A stretch of 63,733 nt of DNA from Pirellulales bacterium. GTDB taxonomy: Bacteria > Planctomycetota > Planctomycetia > Pirellulales > UBA1268. The notes beneath the pieces are model-generated. The model made no database searches, was not told the DNA's origin, and was given only the letters and a program-made list of their open reading frames with translations. Made by a program: the position numbers and the translations under genes. Where the stretch lies: positions 1 to 63,733 of the forward strand of contig JBILVO010000006.1 in the NCBI GenBank assembly GCA_044370415.1. The letters run 5' to 3'. Shown in pieces: positions 52,201 through 61,159 of this stretch; the stretch's first letter is position 1, and every line of letters begins with the position of its first letter.

Positions 52201-53245
52201 CGGCACGAAGGTGTTCACGAACCACACCGTGAGGAACCTGCTCGACGCGGGACAGACCGTCCAGCGGATCATCTTCGACGCGCACAACGACCGATACGTC
52301 CTCCAGTCCGCGGATGAGACCGACGGGGCGGTCGTGTGCTTCGACGGCTTGGACGCTGCGCTCACATGGTACCGCGCCCGGCCGGTGCGCCGGATCGTCG
52401 TGAACTCTCTCGTCGGATTTCCCTCGCCCGATGCGTGTGTCGTGTTCGTCGAGAAGCTCAAGCGGATCCATCAGAGCACCGTCTTCTACCACACGCACGA
52501 CTTCTACTCGATCTGTCCGTCCCAGCACCTGCTGGATGGTGACAACCGATATTGCGGCGTGCCGACGGATCTCGCGGTGTGCTCCGCGTGTGCCGCGGCC
52601 AACTCCCACATGTGGCACTTCCGCGGCCGGGATTTCGGCATCGCACGCTGGCGCGAGACCTTTCAGCGGCTGATGGACTCCTGTGACGAGGTGGTTGTCT
52701 TCGACGAGTCGTCGATCGAAATCATGCGGCGTGTTTTTCGCCTTTCCGACGAGCGTCTTCGGGTGAGGCCTCACGATCGCACGGCCGCGCTGAGGCCGGT
52801 CCGCCCCGCGCGCGGCGGGGGGCTGCACATCGGCCTGATCGGGACGCTCAACCACTACAAGGGCGCCGACATCGCGAACACACTCGCCCGCTTCATTGCC
52901 GACCACGGGCTCGGCACACCCCTGACGCTCGTTGGCTCGAGCATCATCCCGTTGGCGGACACCATCACACCACTCGGCCCCTACGAGATTCCCGACCTGC
53001 CGAAGCTCATCGAGTCGCACGGCATCACGGTGTTTTTCATCTGCTCGATCGCCCCGGAGACATTCTGCTACACGCTCGACGAAATCATGGCGATGGAATT
53101 GCCGGTCGTGTCCTTCTCGCTCGGCGCGCAGGGTCGGCGCACTGCCGCATATGCGCACGGCACGACACTTCCACCCAACGCCCCGATCGAATCGGTGTAT
53201 CGGACGATCGTCGCGGCCCACGAACGAGCGCAGGAAGGCCTCTGA
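49262..53245 (+). CDS. Multidomain protein: sulfotransferase, coiled coil, beta-rich domain, rhamnan synthesis F (RgpF)-like domain and GT4-like domain
   Basis: LGMHRSGTS and KDPR; Ala/Glu/Arg helical run; H.HVFY.D, NRGRD, HLHTKRS, FPAGS.FW, DGTLAHALER; C-terminal HDFYSICP, KG, PETF.YTL.E. Start is either GTG 49262 or ATG 49277. Confidence 0.85.
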   Translation: MSTNDMSTSSERPSAANVLDFKSSPPSSFPRAHATETASRSGDRSTGRTCVVVLGMHRSGTSALTRVISLLGASLPKNMMPPAAQNNALGFWEPARLVALHNELLSEAGSSWDDWRRLDLGGRLPAARLAHYKIAIAGELSEAYDESPLFVLKDPRICRFFPLYREILNDMGIAVRIVVPLRDPAAVTASLRARDGIPEAVGQLYWLRHMLDAEANTRGVQRAFVAYESLLADWRRAIAPLTSGLGVDWPRGPEQAAGDIQAFISPEHDHHPRPVSSPFGGSEADWTSRCYSAVQRLGLDEPRAITELDELRAEFEPMAAVFGPTLEAERSGRHYALAAERARVDEMLQTLRSEATSETERLGAAWLADCRASDEALAAQRSQAAELTALRAEAATARDEAGRLSATLAEQRIASDAASAAARADAERALAAVRDENARACEAFRRELAAQRAEAEAAAAAAARALRGNEYRVNSLMHQTGKLHRELAAFPRLRRWLNAIHNLRLQTVGRSIVLQPTNDLSVVEEDATGATWRITGSDPCFDMDWGVATPLPPGHYRLTIHADGSGRTVRRAQLYIDTGSGYTEAESLHLVFFATAADRWHTTFVLPRGAHALRLDPSTDSPTVRVGAVRLRRVPRLSRAVGLVAEIVSTNRRHPLRLLTIPPTALLRFLRGGRESLVRFLREAADRPAARPATFWEARPVRLKTTGARHMARRPPTIAVHAHVFYVDMLDEVAACIAAIPHPATVCVSTTTADDAAVTAARLRALPHVARLDVRVVPNRGRDIGPMLVDFGPTLAESDLVAHLHTKRSPHNLDLRGWRTYLFDAAFGSQDVVRTILERFATRRDLGMLFPATYLPVRPFMRIGANGPAIEGLLERLGDARVTAAVRDDFFPAGSVFWCRGSVIRRLVDLGLTTDDFEPEEGQVDGTLAHALERILPAVAAIDGQVAEEYVLDDRKVGESRPDRIADVTDHLFLDHDLGGGTKVFTNHTVRNLLDAGQTVQRIIFDAHNDRYVLQSADETDGAVVCFDGLDAALTWYRARPVRRIVVNSLVGFPSPDACVVFVEKLKRIHQSTVFYHTHDFYSICPSQHLLDGDNRYCGVPTDLAVCSACAAANSHMWHFRGRDFGIARWRETFQRLMDSCDEVVVFDESSIEIMRRVFRLSDERLRVRPHDRTAALRPVRPARGGGLHIGLIGTLNHYKGADIANTLARFIADHGLGTPLTLVGSSIIPLADTITPLGPYEIPDLPKLIESHGITVFFICSIAPETFCYTLDEIMAMELPVVSFSLGAQGRRTAAYAHGTTLPPNAPIESVYRTIVAAHERAQEGL

Positions 53246-53246
53246 G

Positions 53247-56138
53247 ATGCTCGTCTACACGTCGGTCACCCGCAGTTACCTTCCCAAAGCCCGGGTGCTG
53301 GCCGAGTCGCTGAAGCGGCTGCATCCGGAGTGGAGCTTCGCGGTCCTGCTTTCGGACGTCCTTCCTGATGAGTGGGATCCGGCCGCGTGGCCGTTCGACC
53401 ACGTCGTTCTCCTTCCGGAACTGGGAATCCCTGACTGGAAAAGCTGGGCGTTCGGCCACACTGTCGTCGAACTGTGCACGGCAGTGAAGGGCCGGGGAGC
53501 GCTCGTGCTGATCGATCGGGTGCGGCCTGACAAGATCATGTATCTCGACCCTGACATCCAAGTCTATGCGAGCCTGCAGCCGCTGAGCGACCTGCTGGAC
53601 AGCCACGACATCCTGCTGACGCCGCACCTTCTCGATCCCGAGACGACTCCAGGAGCCATCGTCGACAACGAGTTGTGCACGCTCAGGCACGGCACCTACA
53701 ACCTCGGCTTCTACGCGGCGACCACGGCGGGCCAGGGACTGGCTTTCATCGAATGGTGGGCCGACCGCCTGTCGACGCACTGCATCAGCGACATTCCCGG
53801 CGGGGTTTTCACGGATCAGCGCTGGTGCGACCTGGCGCCATGCTACTTCGACACGCTGCACATAGTCCGCGACCGGGGCTGCAACGTCGCCACGTGGAAC
53901 GTGGCGCATCGTCGCATCAGCAGGACTCCGGCGGGCGACTGGATGGCCGGCGACGTCCCGCTGCGGTTCTACCACTTCACGGGCTACGACAGTGGCGACG
54001 GCATCGGCATGCTCGAGCGCTACGCGTCCGACCAGCCGGCCGCCTTCCGGCTGTGGGACGACTATCGCACGAGCCTGCTCGAGGCCGGCCAGGGGCAGGA
54101 CCGCTTCAAGGCCTGGGAATACTCACACTTCTCCAACGGGGCGCCCATCACCGCAGGCATGCGCCGCTTGTACAGGGCGCGGCGGGATCTGCAGGAGGCG
54201 TTCCCGGACCCTTATCGCGTCGAGGGACTCCACTGTTACTACGAGTGGTGGCAGGCCGAAGTGCGTGCCGGCCGCATCGACGCCACCAACCAGCCGTCGG
54301 ATTCGACTCAGCACGTTCACGGACCGCTGGTGCGGAGCTCCGTCGCGCTGTTTCGGTCGACGCTCGGTCGGATGCGCCGCGCATCGTCGCCGAGTGAATT
54401 GCGGGCAAACGCCCTCCGCCTCGCTGCACCATGCATCTCGCTTGTGATCGCCGTCGCAGTGGTGTTGCTCGCGATCTACGGAGTTGCCAGACACTTCACG
54501 ACGGTTCCGTCGTGGGACATGTGGGACGGCGGCGTGCGCTTCTTCCTGAACAGCGGCGATCCTGCAGCGTGGTGGAAGCCGCACAACGAGCATCGGATCG
54601 TACTCGCCAAGGCGTTGTTTTGGCTCGATTATCGGCTGTGGGGAGGCACCGGAGCGCCTCTGGTCGCACTCAACTATGCGATGCTCGGGGTCTTCGCGTT
54701 GACCTGGCTGGCACTGCTGCGCAGCTCCCCAGGGCTCCACCCGTCGCGCCGTGCGTTTTTCGGAGCCGCGCTCGTCGCCTGGTCGTTCCAGTGGATGCAG
54801 TGCGGCAACCTGATCCTGCCGTTTCAAGTGCAGTTCTTCCTCGCATATCTCGTTCCGCTGCTCTCGTTCCTCGCCATCGGAGTGAGTGCAGACAGGAGAA
54901 GCGACGCTCTCTTCCTGGCCTCCGTCATCGGCGGAGTGCTGAGCCTCGGAACGATGGCCAACGGCGTTCTCGTCCTGCCCATGCTGGCGGTCATGGCCGC
55001 ACTGCTGGGCTATTCCCGCATGCGTGTCGTGTGCCTGACAGCTCTGTCCTGCTGCGCATGGGCGCTGTATTTCTGGAAGATAAAGGCGGGTGGCGCGATC
55101 ACTGGCACACCGGCGGTGATCAGGACCCTAGACCAAGCCTGGTCGCTCGCAGGCTACGTGTTCCTGTTCCTGGGCTCTCCCATCTACCACTTGGCGGGAG
55201 GCGGCAGTGTGGGCACGGCTCTGGGCATCGCCGCTGGCGTGGTCGCCTGCGCGATCACGATCTGGCTTGCCCGGCCCCTGCTGACCTCCCGCAACGCGGC
55301 ACGCGGCATCGACACGGCGATCGTCGCCTTCGCGGTCTATGTCATCGCTTCGGCAGCCGCCACCGCCTACGGCCGCCACGACCGTTTCGGGCTGGAGCAG
55401 GCGGCGACGTTCCGATACACGACCCCTGCCGTCATGCTGTGGGCGGCGCTGTTGTGCGGATCGCTGAGATCACATCACGCCGCCGCATTGCGACAGGGCA
55501 GGATGGCGATCGTGCTCGTGCTGGCCGTCGAGTGCATCGTGCTGAATCGACAATGGGACGCCGTGCGGTGGCCGAATGGCAACGCATTCGAGAGCCGGGT
55601 CGGCGGACTCGCCCTGGGTTTGGGTGCCCATGACGACGAGGCGATAGCGCCCCTTCATCCCAGACCCGAGCAGCTGAATGACGTTGCCACTGCCGCACGC
55701 CAGGCCGGCGTGTCGATCTTTCGATACCCACCGTTCAATGTCCTTGCCGAGATCGATGGGAACATGATCACGAGACCGGACGTCCTTCCGTGCAAGGGGA
55801 ACATCGACCGCATCGAGGAGCGACAGTCCGACGATCGCTTCACACGCATCGACGGCTGGGCGATACCGCCCTGCAGCGAGCACCCCTCCTGGGGTCGAAT
55901 CGTCGATTCCGACGGCCGGGTCGTCGGTGCGGTGGTGTGTGGTCGCGTGCGCACCGACGTCGAGGCTGTCTACGGCGAGAAGGGGCGGCACGCGGGCTTT
56001 AGCGGGTACATGCTCGCGGGCACGCGGCCCTTTTCCGTGATTCTGATGGGACAGGCGCCGCTCGGTCGCCTCGACGTTCCTCACGTTGGCGCGACTGCTG
56101 CGGAGCATGGCCCCGCGACCGACACCTCGTCGCCGTGA
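53247..56138 (+). CDS. Glycosyltransferase (DxD, GT-A) fused to a multi-TM GT-C-like membrane domain
   Basis: N-terminal YLPKARVLA, ELCTAVKG, YLDPD, G.YNLGF, FTDQRW; then WDMWD, HNEHR and many TM helices. Confidence 0.78.
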   Translation: MLVYTSVTRSYLPKARVLAESLKRLHPEWSFAVLLSDVLPDEWDPAAWPFDHVVLLPELGIPDWKSWAFGHTVVELCTAVKGRGALVLIDRVRPDKIMYLDPDIQVYASLQPLSDLLDSHDILLTPHLLDPETTPGAIVDNELCTLRHGTYNLGFYAATTAGQGLAFIEWWADRLSTHCISDIPGGVFTDQRWCDLAPCYFDTLHIVRDRGCNVATWNVAHRRISRTPAGDWMAGDVPLRFYHFTGYDSGDGIGMLERYASDQPAAFRLWDDYRTSLLEAGQGQDRFKAWEYSHFSNGAPITAGMRRLYRARRDLQEAFPDPYRVEGLHCYYEWWQAEVRAGRIDATNQPSDSTQHVHGPLVRSSVALFRSTLGRMRRASSPSELRANALRLAAPCISLVIAVAVVLLAIYGVARHFTTVPSWDMWDGGVRFFLNSGDPAAWWKPHNEHRIVLAKALFWLDYRLWGGTGAPLVALNYAMLGVFALTWLALLRSSPGLHPSRRAFFGAALVAWSFQWMQCGNLILPFQVQFFLAYLVPLLSFLAIGVSADRRSDALFLASVIGGVLSLGTMANGVLVLPMLAVMAALLGYSRMRVVCLTALSCCAWALYFWKIKAGGAITGTPAVIRTLDQAWSLAGYVFLFLGSPIYHLAGGGSVGTALGIAAGVVACAITIWLARPLLTSRNAARGIDTAIVAFAVYVIASAAATAYGRHDRFGLEQAATFRYTTPAVMLWAALLCGSLRSHHAAALRQGRMAIVLVLAVECIVLNRQWDAVRWPNGNAFESRVGGLALGLGAHDDEAIAPLHPRPEQLNDVATAARQAGVSIFRYPPFNVLAEIDGNMITRPDVLPCKGNIDRIEERQSDDRFTRIDGWAIPPCSEHPSWGRIVDSDGRVVGAVVCGRVRTDVEAVYGEKGRHAGFSGYMLAGTRPFSVILMGQAPLGRLDVPHVGATAAEHGPATDTSSP

Positions 56139-56170
56139 CCGAGCGAGTTCCCGCGCGCAGCGGCCGGTCG

Positions 56171-56935
56171 TCACCCGCAGGAGACGTTCGTGACGGCCGG
56201 AGCGGCACTCACCGCGGTCGCGCAAGGCACGGCATCCCCCACCACCTCTCCGTGCTGGAGTTCCAGCACGGAGGTGCATTCCTTGGCGATCAGTGCCCGT
56301 GAATGCGACGCGAGCACGAGGATGCCGGCCTTCGAAACGATCTCTCGAAGCCGCCCCTCGGCCTGCCTCTGGAACTGCTCGTCTCCCACCGACAGCCATT
56401 CGTCCATGAGCAGGATGTCGGTGCGGATCGACGTCACGATCGAAAATGCCAGCCGCATCATCATGCCCGTCGAATAGGTTCGCACCGGCATGGAGAGATA
56501 CTCACCCAGACCGCTGAATTCGGCGATGTCGGGCATGACCCTGCGGATCGTCGCCCGGTCGATTCCCAGCACGAGGCCGCGGATGAGGATGTTCTCGTAG
56601 CCGCTGGCGTCCAGTTCGATGCCCAGCAAGGGATTGACGAGGCTCGCGATCGTGCCCTCACGGCGATAGGTGCCGCAGGTCGGTGGATAGACGCCCGCGA
56701 GTGTCTGCAGCAACGTCGACTTTCCGGCGCCGTTGTGGCCGACGAGCCCCAACCGATCGCCCTCCCGGAGGTGGAGCGTGATGTTGCGCAGCGCCTGGAC
56801 CACCGTGACGCCCGTACTGACACCGATCCGCCCTCCGGTGGCCGCCGAGGCGATCGTCGTCTTCAACGACGTGGCGTGGGCGCCGAAGATCGGAAATTCG
56901 ACGGAGACGTTCTCGAGCGTCAAAAAGGTCGGCAC
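56171..56935 (-). CDS. wzt: Polysaccharide ABC exporter ATPase (short form)
   Basis: GHNGAGKSTLL, PVRTYSTGM..RLAF, DEWLSVGD, ASH motifs. Confidence 0.92.
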   Translation of the reverse strand: MPTFLTLENVSVEFPIFGAHATSLKTTIASAATGGRIGVSTGVTVVQALRNITLHLREGDRLGLVGHNGAGKSTLLQTLAGVYPPTCGTYRREGTIASLVNPLLGIELDASGYENILIRGLVLGIDRATIRRVMPDIAEFSGLGEYLSMPVRTYSTGMMMRLAFSIVTSIRTDILLMDEWLSVGDEQFQRQAEGRLREIVSKAGILVLASHSRALIAKECTSVLELQHGEVVGDAVPCATAVSAAPAVTNVSCG

Positions 56936-56939
56936 GGGG

Positions 56940-57740
56940 CTATATCCAGTAGATCAACTGCAATCGCTTCTTCGCGTAGAGCGCGGCCGCGACCGCGATG
57001 TTCAGGCACGTCAGGCACGCCAGAAACCACCAGGTGCCTGGGGCGACGACACCCCCGAGCAACGGGAGACGCACGGCGTCGAGCATCTGGGCCAGCGGGT
57101 TGTAGAGGATGAACTTGGCCCGCGCGGGCAGCCTGTCAGGAAACCAGAAGACCGGGGTCAGGAACATCATGAACTGCAGCACGCTGGCGACGATCTGGCC
57201 CACGTCGCGATACCGCGCACAGACGATGCCCAGAGTGATCGCCGCGGCATGCAGATTGACCAGCACCACCAGGAAGCCGGGCACGAACATGAGCATGCGG
57301 GGAGACCAGGACAGCCCGGCCCAGACGGCGACCGGAACGAACAGCACGAAGTGGTGTGCCAGCTGGATAACCTGCCGGGCGATGTTCCTCCAGACGAACG
57401 TGCTGCGAGGAAACGCCCCCTGCTTGAGGTATGGTGCAGCGGCGATGAAGGTTTGACACGAGTCATTGATGCTCGACGTGAAAAAATTCCAAAAGATGAT
57501 GCCCAGTGTCAGGTGCGGAAAGAACGTGTTAAGCGGCACATTGAAGAGGGCGGAGTAGAGCGGCCCCATGCCCAGGAGCATCGCCCCCATACTGAGCGTG
57601 ATCCACAGCGGCCCCAGCAGCGACCGGCGATAGCGGAGGACCGTGTCGTACCAGGCCAGCGTCCACCAGAGGTCGACGTTCCGCGTGCCGGCCCACCAGT
57701 CCGCCCAGGCCGAATGCGTGCTCGACGAGGAGGCATTCAT
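56940..57740 (-). CDS. wzm: Polysaccharide ABC exporter permease
   Basis: RYRRSLLGPLW, RYRDV, FLTPVFW, YNPL motifs; about six TM helices. Confidence 0.92.
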   Translation of the reverse strand: MNASSSSTHSAWADWWAGTRNVDLWWTLAWYDTVLRYRRSLLGPLWITLSMGAMLLGMGPLYSALFNVPLNTFFPHLTLGIIFWNFFTSSINDSCQTFIAAAPYLKQGAFPRSTFVWRNIARQVIQLAHHFVLFVPVAVWAGLSWSPRMLMFVPGFLVVLVNLHAAAITLGIVCARYRDVGQIVASVLQFMMFLTPVFWFPDRLPARAKFILYNPLAQMLDAVRLPLLGGVVAPGTWWFLACLTCLNIAVAAALYAKKRLQLIYWI

Positions 57741-58102
57741 GGGAAACGGCCTGCGAGCGGACCGGGGAGGTGGGCGGCGATGCCGGCGGGCCGACATGCA
57801 GGCACAACCGGGCCTGTAACGGCGACCGCGTGTCCGTGACCCGACAGTAGGCAGCCCCATTCCCCCCGTCAAGCCGCTTAAAAAGCCGCTTCTTCGCCGT
57901 GGTTCGGCCGTTTCGACGCCCGCACACCGGGCTCCGGGACTGCCTCAACGACCGCCGCAGGCGGCCGAGGCAGCATCACAAAACGCACCGCTCCGCCCCT
58001 TCCGAACACTCCCCACACATCCTTCGTATAGGGTTTCACGAGTTGCCGGCGCGTGTGTTCGTGCCTGCGGCCGGATTGGAGTCACTCCAGAGGGAGAAGG
58101 CG

Positions 58103-58396
58103 ATGGTTCGCGAGGAACTCTTTTCGCTGTGCGAGCAGTTCGTGCGTTCACGTGACGCGGAAGCAGGCGAAGCGATGCCGGCCCCCGGGGATCCGGCGCC
58201 GGAGATTCTCCGCAGCTATCGCCTGGCCGAGATCTCCGAAAGCGAGATGGAGGCCCTGCTCGCCTACGTCGGCGACCCCGACGAGGAGGACTGCTGCCAG
58301 ACGGCCGGCATCGCCGATGAGTCCTTCGACGTCGTCGGTCAGGCTCGCTGGGCGGATGACGACGACGAACCGGCGCCGCCGAACCGACCGCGTTGA
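58103..58396 (+). CDS. Small acidic hypothetical protein
   Basis: AGGGAG SD-like sequence before ATG; fills an otherwise empty gap. Confidence 0.5.
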   Translation: MVREELFSLCEQFVRSRDAEAGEAMPAPGDPAPEILRSYRLAEISESEMEALLAYVGDPDEEDCCQTAGIADESFDVVGQARWADDDDEPAPPNRPR

Positions 58397-58430
58397 CGGC
58401 CGCCGGCGGGCGTGACGACCGCGCTATCCC

Positions 58431-58817
58431 TCAGCCGAGCATCCAGTCGGGGAGCCGGCGGATCCTGCCCTCCGGGTCGACGCAGACCACGGTCGTCGTG
58501 CCGGTCGCGAGGATGGTCTTGTCGCGGATCAGTTCGTAGGCGTGCTTGATGTGTGCCGCCCCGATCTTCTCCACGCGGGTCCGCAGGCGGAGCACGTCAT
58601 CGTAGTCGGCGGGGGCGAGGTACTTGCAGGAGACCTCGGACACCACCATGAAGAGCCCCTCGTCCTCGAAGTTGCGGTAGGTCCTGCCGTACGACCGGAG
58701 CATCTCCGTCCGTCCCATCTCGAAGTAGGTGAGATAGTTGGCGTGGTGCAACCGCCGCTGGCCGTCGGTCTCCTGGTACCGCACCCGGATCTCGATCTCG
58801 TGAACTGGTTCGGCCAT
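58431..58817 (-). CDS. Acyl-CoA thioesterase (YbgC/FadM hotdog family)
   Basis: IRVRYQETD...HHANYLTYFEMGRTE, Y.APA.YDD motifs. Confidence 0.92.
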   Translation of the reverse strand: MAEPVHEIEIRVRYQETDGQRRLHHANYLTYFEMGRTEMLRSYGRTYRNFEDEGLFMVVSEVSCKYLAPADYDDVLRLRTRVEKIGAAHIKHAYELIRDKTILATGTTTVVCVDPEGRIRRLPDWMLG

Positions 58818-58980
58818 CGTCCTCGCGTCCGTACGGGTGTCTGATCCGGTCAGCCCGGCCGCCGAGCCGCCTTCATTGACCCTGCCGGTCGGGAGACTCT
58901 ATCCTTTCGGCACGAGGCCTCCCAGCCTCGCACCCTCCCCATCGGACGCATTCCCTCCCCGCCCCCCTGGAGCCCGTGAC

Positions 58981-59481
58981 GTGAGTGTGGGAGATGCCGG
59001 CGAAGGGACGGGAGTCGGGTTCGCCACCGCGCGCGGCCGCAACTGGCCCACGCTCCGCCAATTCACGGTGTTTCTCGAGAACCGGGTCGGCCAGTTGCTC
59101 GAGGTGGTGAGGCGGTTCGACGGATCGAAGGTACGGATCGTCGCCCTGTCGATCAGCGATTCCGGGGAATGCGCCTTCGTGCGGTTCCTCCTCAGCCACC
59201 CGGAGCAGGGCCGGGAAATCCTCGAACGCGCCGGGCTGGCGCTGATCGAGAGCGATCTCATCGGCGTGGAGCTTCCCGACGACAGCCAGCCGCTGCAGCG
59301 GATCTGCACGGCGCTCCTGCAGGCCGAGGTGAACATCATCCAGGCCTATCCCATCCTCGCCCGCCCGCGGGGCCGGCCCGCCGTCGCCTTGATGGTCGAC
59401 AACACGGAGATGGGACTCGAGACCCTGGCGAACAAGGGCTTCACGACGATCACCGAGGGCGACCTCGACGCCAACGACTGA
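58981..59481 (+). CDS. Tandem ACT-domain protein
   Basis: QFTVFLENRVGQL, IVALSI.DS, VNI.QAYP motifs; GTG start chosen. Confidence 0.85.
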   Translation: MSVGDAGEGTGVGFATARGRNWPTLRQFTVFLENRVGQLLEVVRRFDGSKVRIVALSISDSGECAFVRFLLSHPEQGREILERAGLALIESDLIGVELPDDSQPLQRICTALLQAEVNIIQAYPILARPRGRPAVALMVDNTEMGLETLANKGFTTITEGDLDAND

Positions 59482-59536
59482 CGCGTCGTCGGTGGCCGCT
59501 CGCCGCCTGCTGAGGACGTGGACGGAGGTCGTCGTC

Positions 59537-60283
59537 CTACTCGAACATCCCGTCGGGAAGATCGCCGACGTTGCGGACCACGATCCTCTTGATCGACTCC
59601 CAGGCGACCGCCGTGAGCGTGACGGTGCCGTCGACGGCCTGGCTCGCGAAGAGGGCGTGCGTGCCGGAGGACCACCGGCGATCGAACCACTTCGGCAGGA
59701 CCACGCTGCCCCCCTCGATGTGCAGTTCGACGACGCCCCCCCGATCCACCTCCTCCCACAGCCGCGTGAGGAGCCCGGCGATCGACGAGGGCGTCCCGGC
59801 CTGATCGAGGGCGGGCGCGGGCCGGTGCTCTGCCGCCGCAGGGGCCGCGGCCGGCACCGGTTCAGCGACATCGCACACGACCGCAGCGGCCGGCGCCGAC
59901 GCGATCGGTCCACTGCCGGACATCCCCGGGCCGGCATCGGCCGGCTTGGCCGGCGGCGGCTCCGCCGCCGGTGCGGCGGCCGCGTCGGCGGGCTGGGCCA
60001 CGGCATGCACCCCTGCTGCGGGCGGCCCCTTCGCCTCGGTGGCGGAGGGAATGCGAAATGCCGCCTGGCACTTGGCGCACTTGCCCATCTTGCCGACATG
60101 GGACGCCGGCACGACGAGCCGGTGGCCGTTGGGACAGTGGACGACGACGGTGTCGCGAGGCGGCGCATGCGCCGTCGGCGCTATCGCGGCCGGTGCAGCG
60201 GCCGCAGCCGGCGCCGCAGGTGACACCGAAGGTGACGCTGCCACCTCGAACTTGCCCCAGTCGATCGCCTTGTCGTCGTTCAT
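59537..60283 (-). CDS. Hypothetical protein with CPNGH...CAKC zinc ribbon
   Basis: HCPNGHRL...GKCAKC, Ala/Pro linker, compact C-terminal domain. Confidence 0.7.
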   Translation of the reverse strand: MNDDKAIDWGKFEVAASPSVSPAAPAAAAAPAAIAPTAHAPPRDTVVVHCPNGHRLVVPASHVGKMGKCAKCQAAFRIPSATEAKGPPAAGVHAVAQPADAAAAPAAEPPPAKPADAGPGMSGSGPIASAPAAAVVCDVAEPVPAAAPAAAEHRPAPALDQAGTPSSIAGLLTRLWEEVDRGGVVELHIEGGSVVLPKWFDRRWSSGTHALFASQAVDGTVTLTAVAWESIKRIVVRNVGDLPDGMFE

Positions 60284-60401
60284 GCGCCTGCAGCCCGCCC
60301 CAAGAAGTCCCGCGAGCCACGTCCCAAGGGCCCATGACATTCTACCCGACCAGCGGCCGGGTCAACGCGGCGGCGGGATTTCCGCGACGCGTCCGCGCGC
60401 C

Positions 60402-60430
60402 TTGACGCGGCGATCCCGGACTCTGACACT
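60402..60430 (+). promoter_or_regulatory. Putative sigma70 promoter
   Basis: TTGACG-17nt-GACACT upstream of ATG 60499. Confidence 0.4.
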
Positions 60431-60498
60431 GCCGCCACGGCGTGAGCGGCCCGGCGCCCATCGCGCGGCATCCGACCTTCCGATCAGGCGACGACTTC

Positions 60499-61158
60499 AT
60501 GGCGATCAAGGTCCTCTGCCCGGGCTGCCGGACGTTCTTCACGGTCAGCGACAAGTTCGCCGGCCGCACCGGCCCCTGCCCGAAATGCAAGGCGCCCATC
60601 ACGATCCCCGCCGCCGTCACGGAGGTGAAGATCCAGGGCCCCGAGGAGGAGGCCGTCCGCACCGGCCGGCCATCCCTCGCGCCGATCGTGTTCCAGGAGT
60701 TCCCGATCCCGCGGGCCGCCTACGTGGCGGTGGCGGTGGGAGCGATCGTGGCCATGATCCTCGCCGCCGTGGCCGGGCGGATCTGGGAGCCGGACCAGTT
60801 TCCCTACTGGCTGCTCGGCCTGGCCGCGTTCGTGGTGGCGGTTCCGTGCTGCTGGATCGGCTACGAGATCGTCCGCGACCGCAACCTGGCGCCCTACCGC
60901 GGCAGGCCGTTGGTCGTCCGCACGCTCATCTGCGCCGCCGTCTACGCGCTGCTCTGGGCCGTGAAGGGCTTCCTGCCGACGGACCTGACCAACGAGATGT
61001 GGGCCTGGGTCTACCTCGGGCCTCCCTTCTTCCTCGCGGGCAGCCTCGCGTCGCTGGCCGCCTACGACCTCGATTGGGGAACGGGCGTGGCCCATTATTC
61101 GCTCTACGTCATGTTCGCGGCTCTGCTGCGCTGGCTGGCGGGATTCATGCCGGTCTGA
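60499..61158 (+). CDS. Zinc-ribbon membrane protein
   Basis: CPGC..F.VSDKFAGRTGPCPKC followed by about five TM helices. Confidence 0.8.
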   Translation: MAIKVLCPGCRTFFTVSDKFAGRTGPCPKCKAPITIPAAVTEVKIQGPEEEAVRTGRPSLAPIVFQEFPIPRAAYVAVAVGAIVAMILAAVAGRIWEPDQFPYWLLGLAAFVVAVPCCWIGYEIVRDRNLAPYRGRPLVVRTLICAAVYALLWAVKGFLPTDLTNEMWAWVYLGPPFFLAGSLASLAAYDLDWGTGVAHYSLYVMFAALLRWLAGFMPV

Positions 61159-61159
61159 G

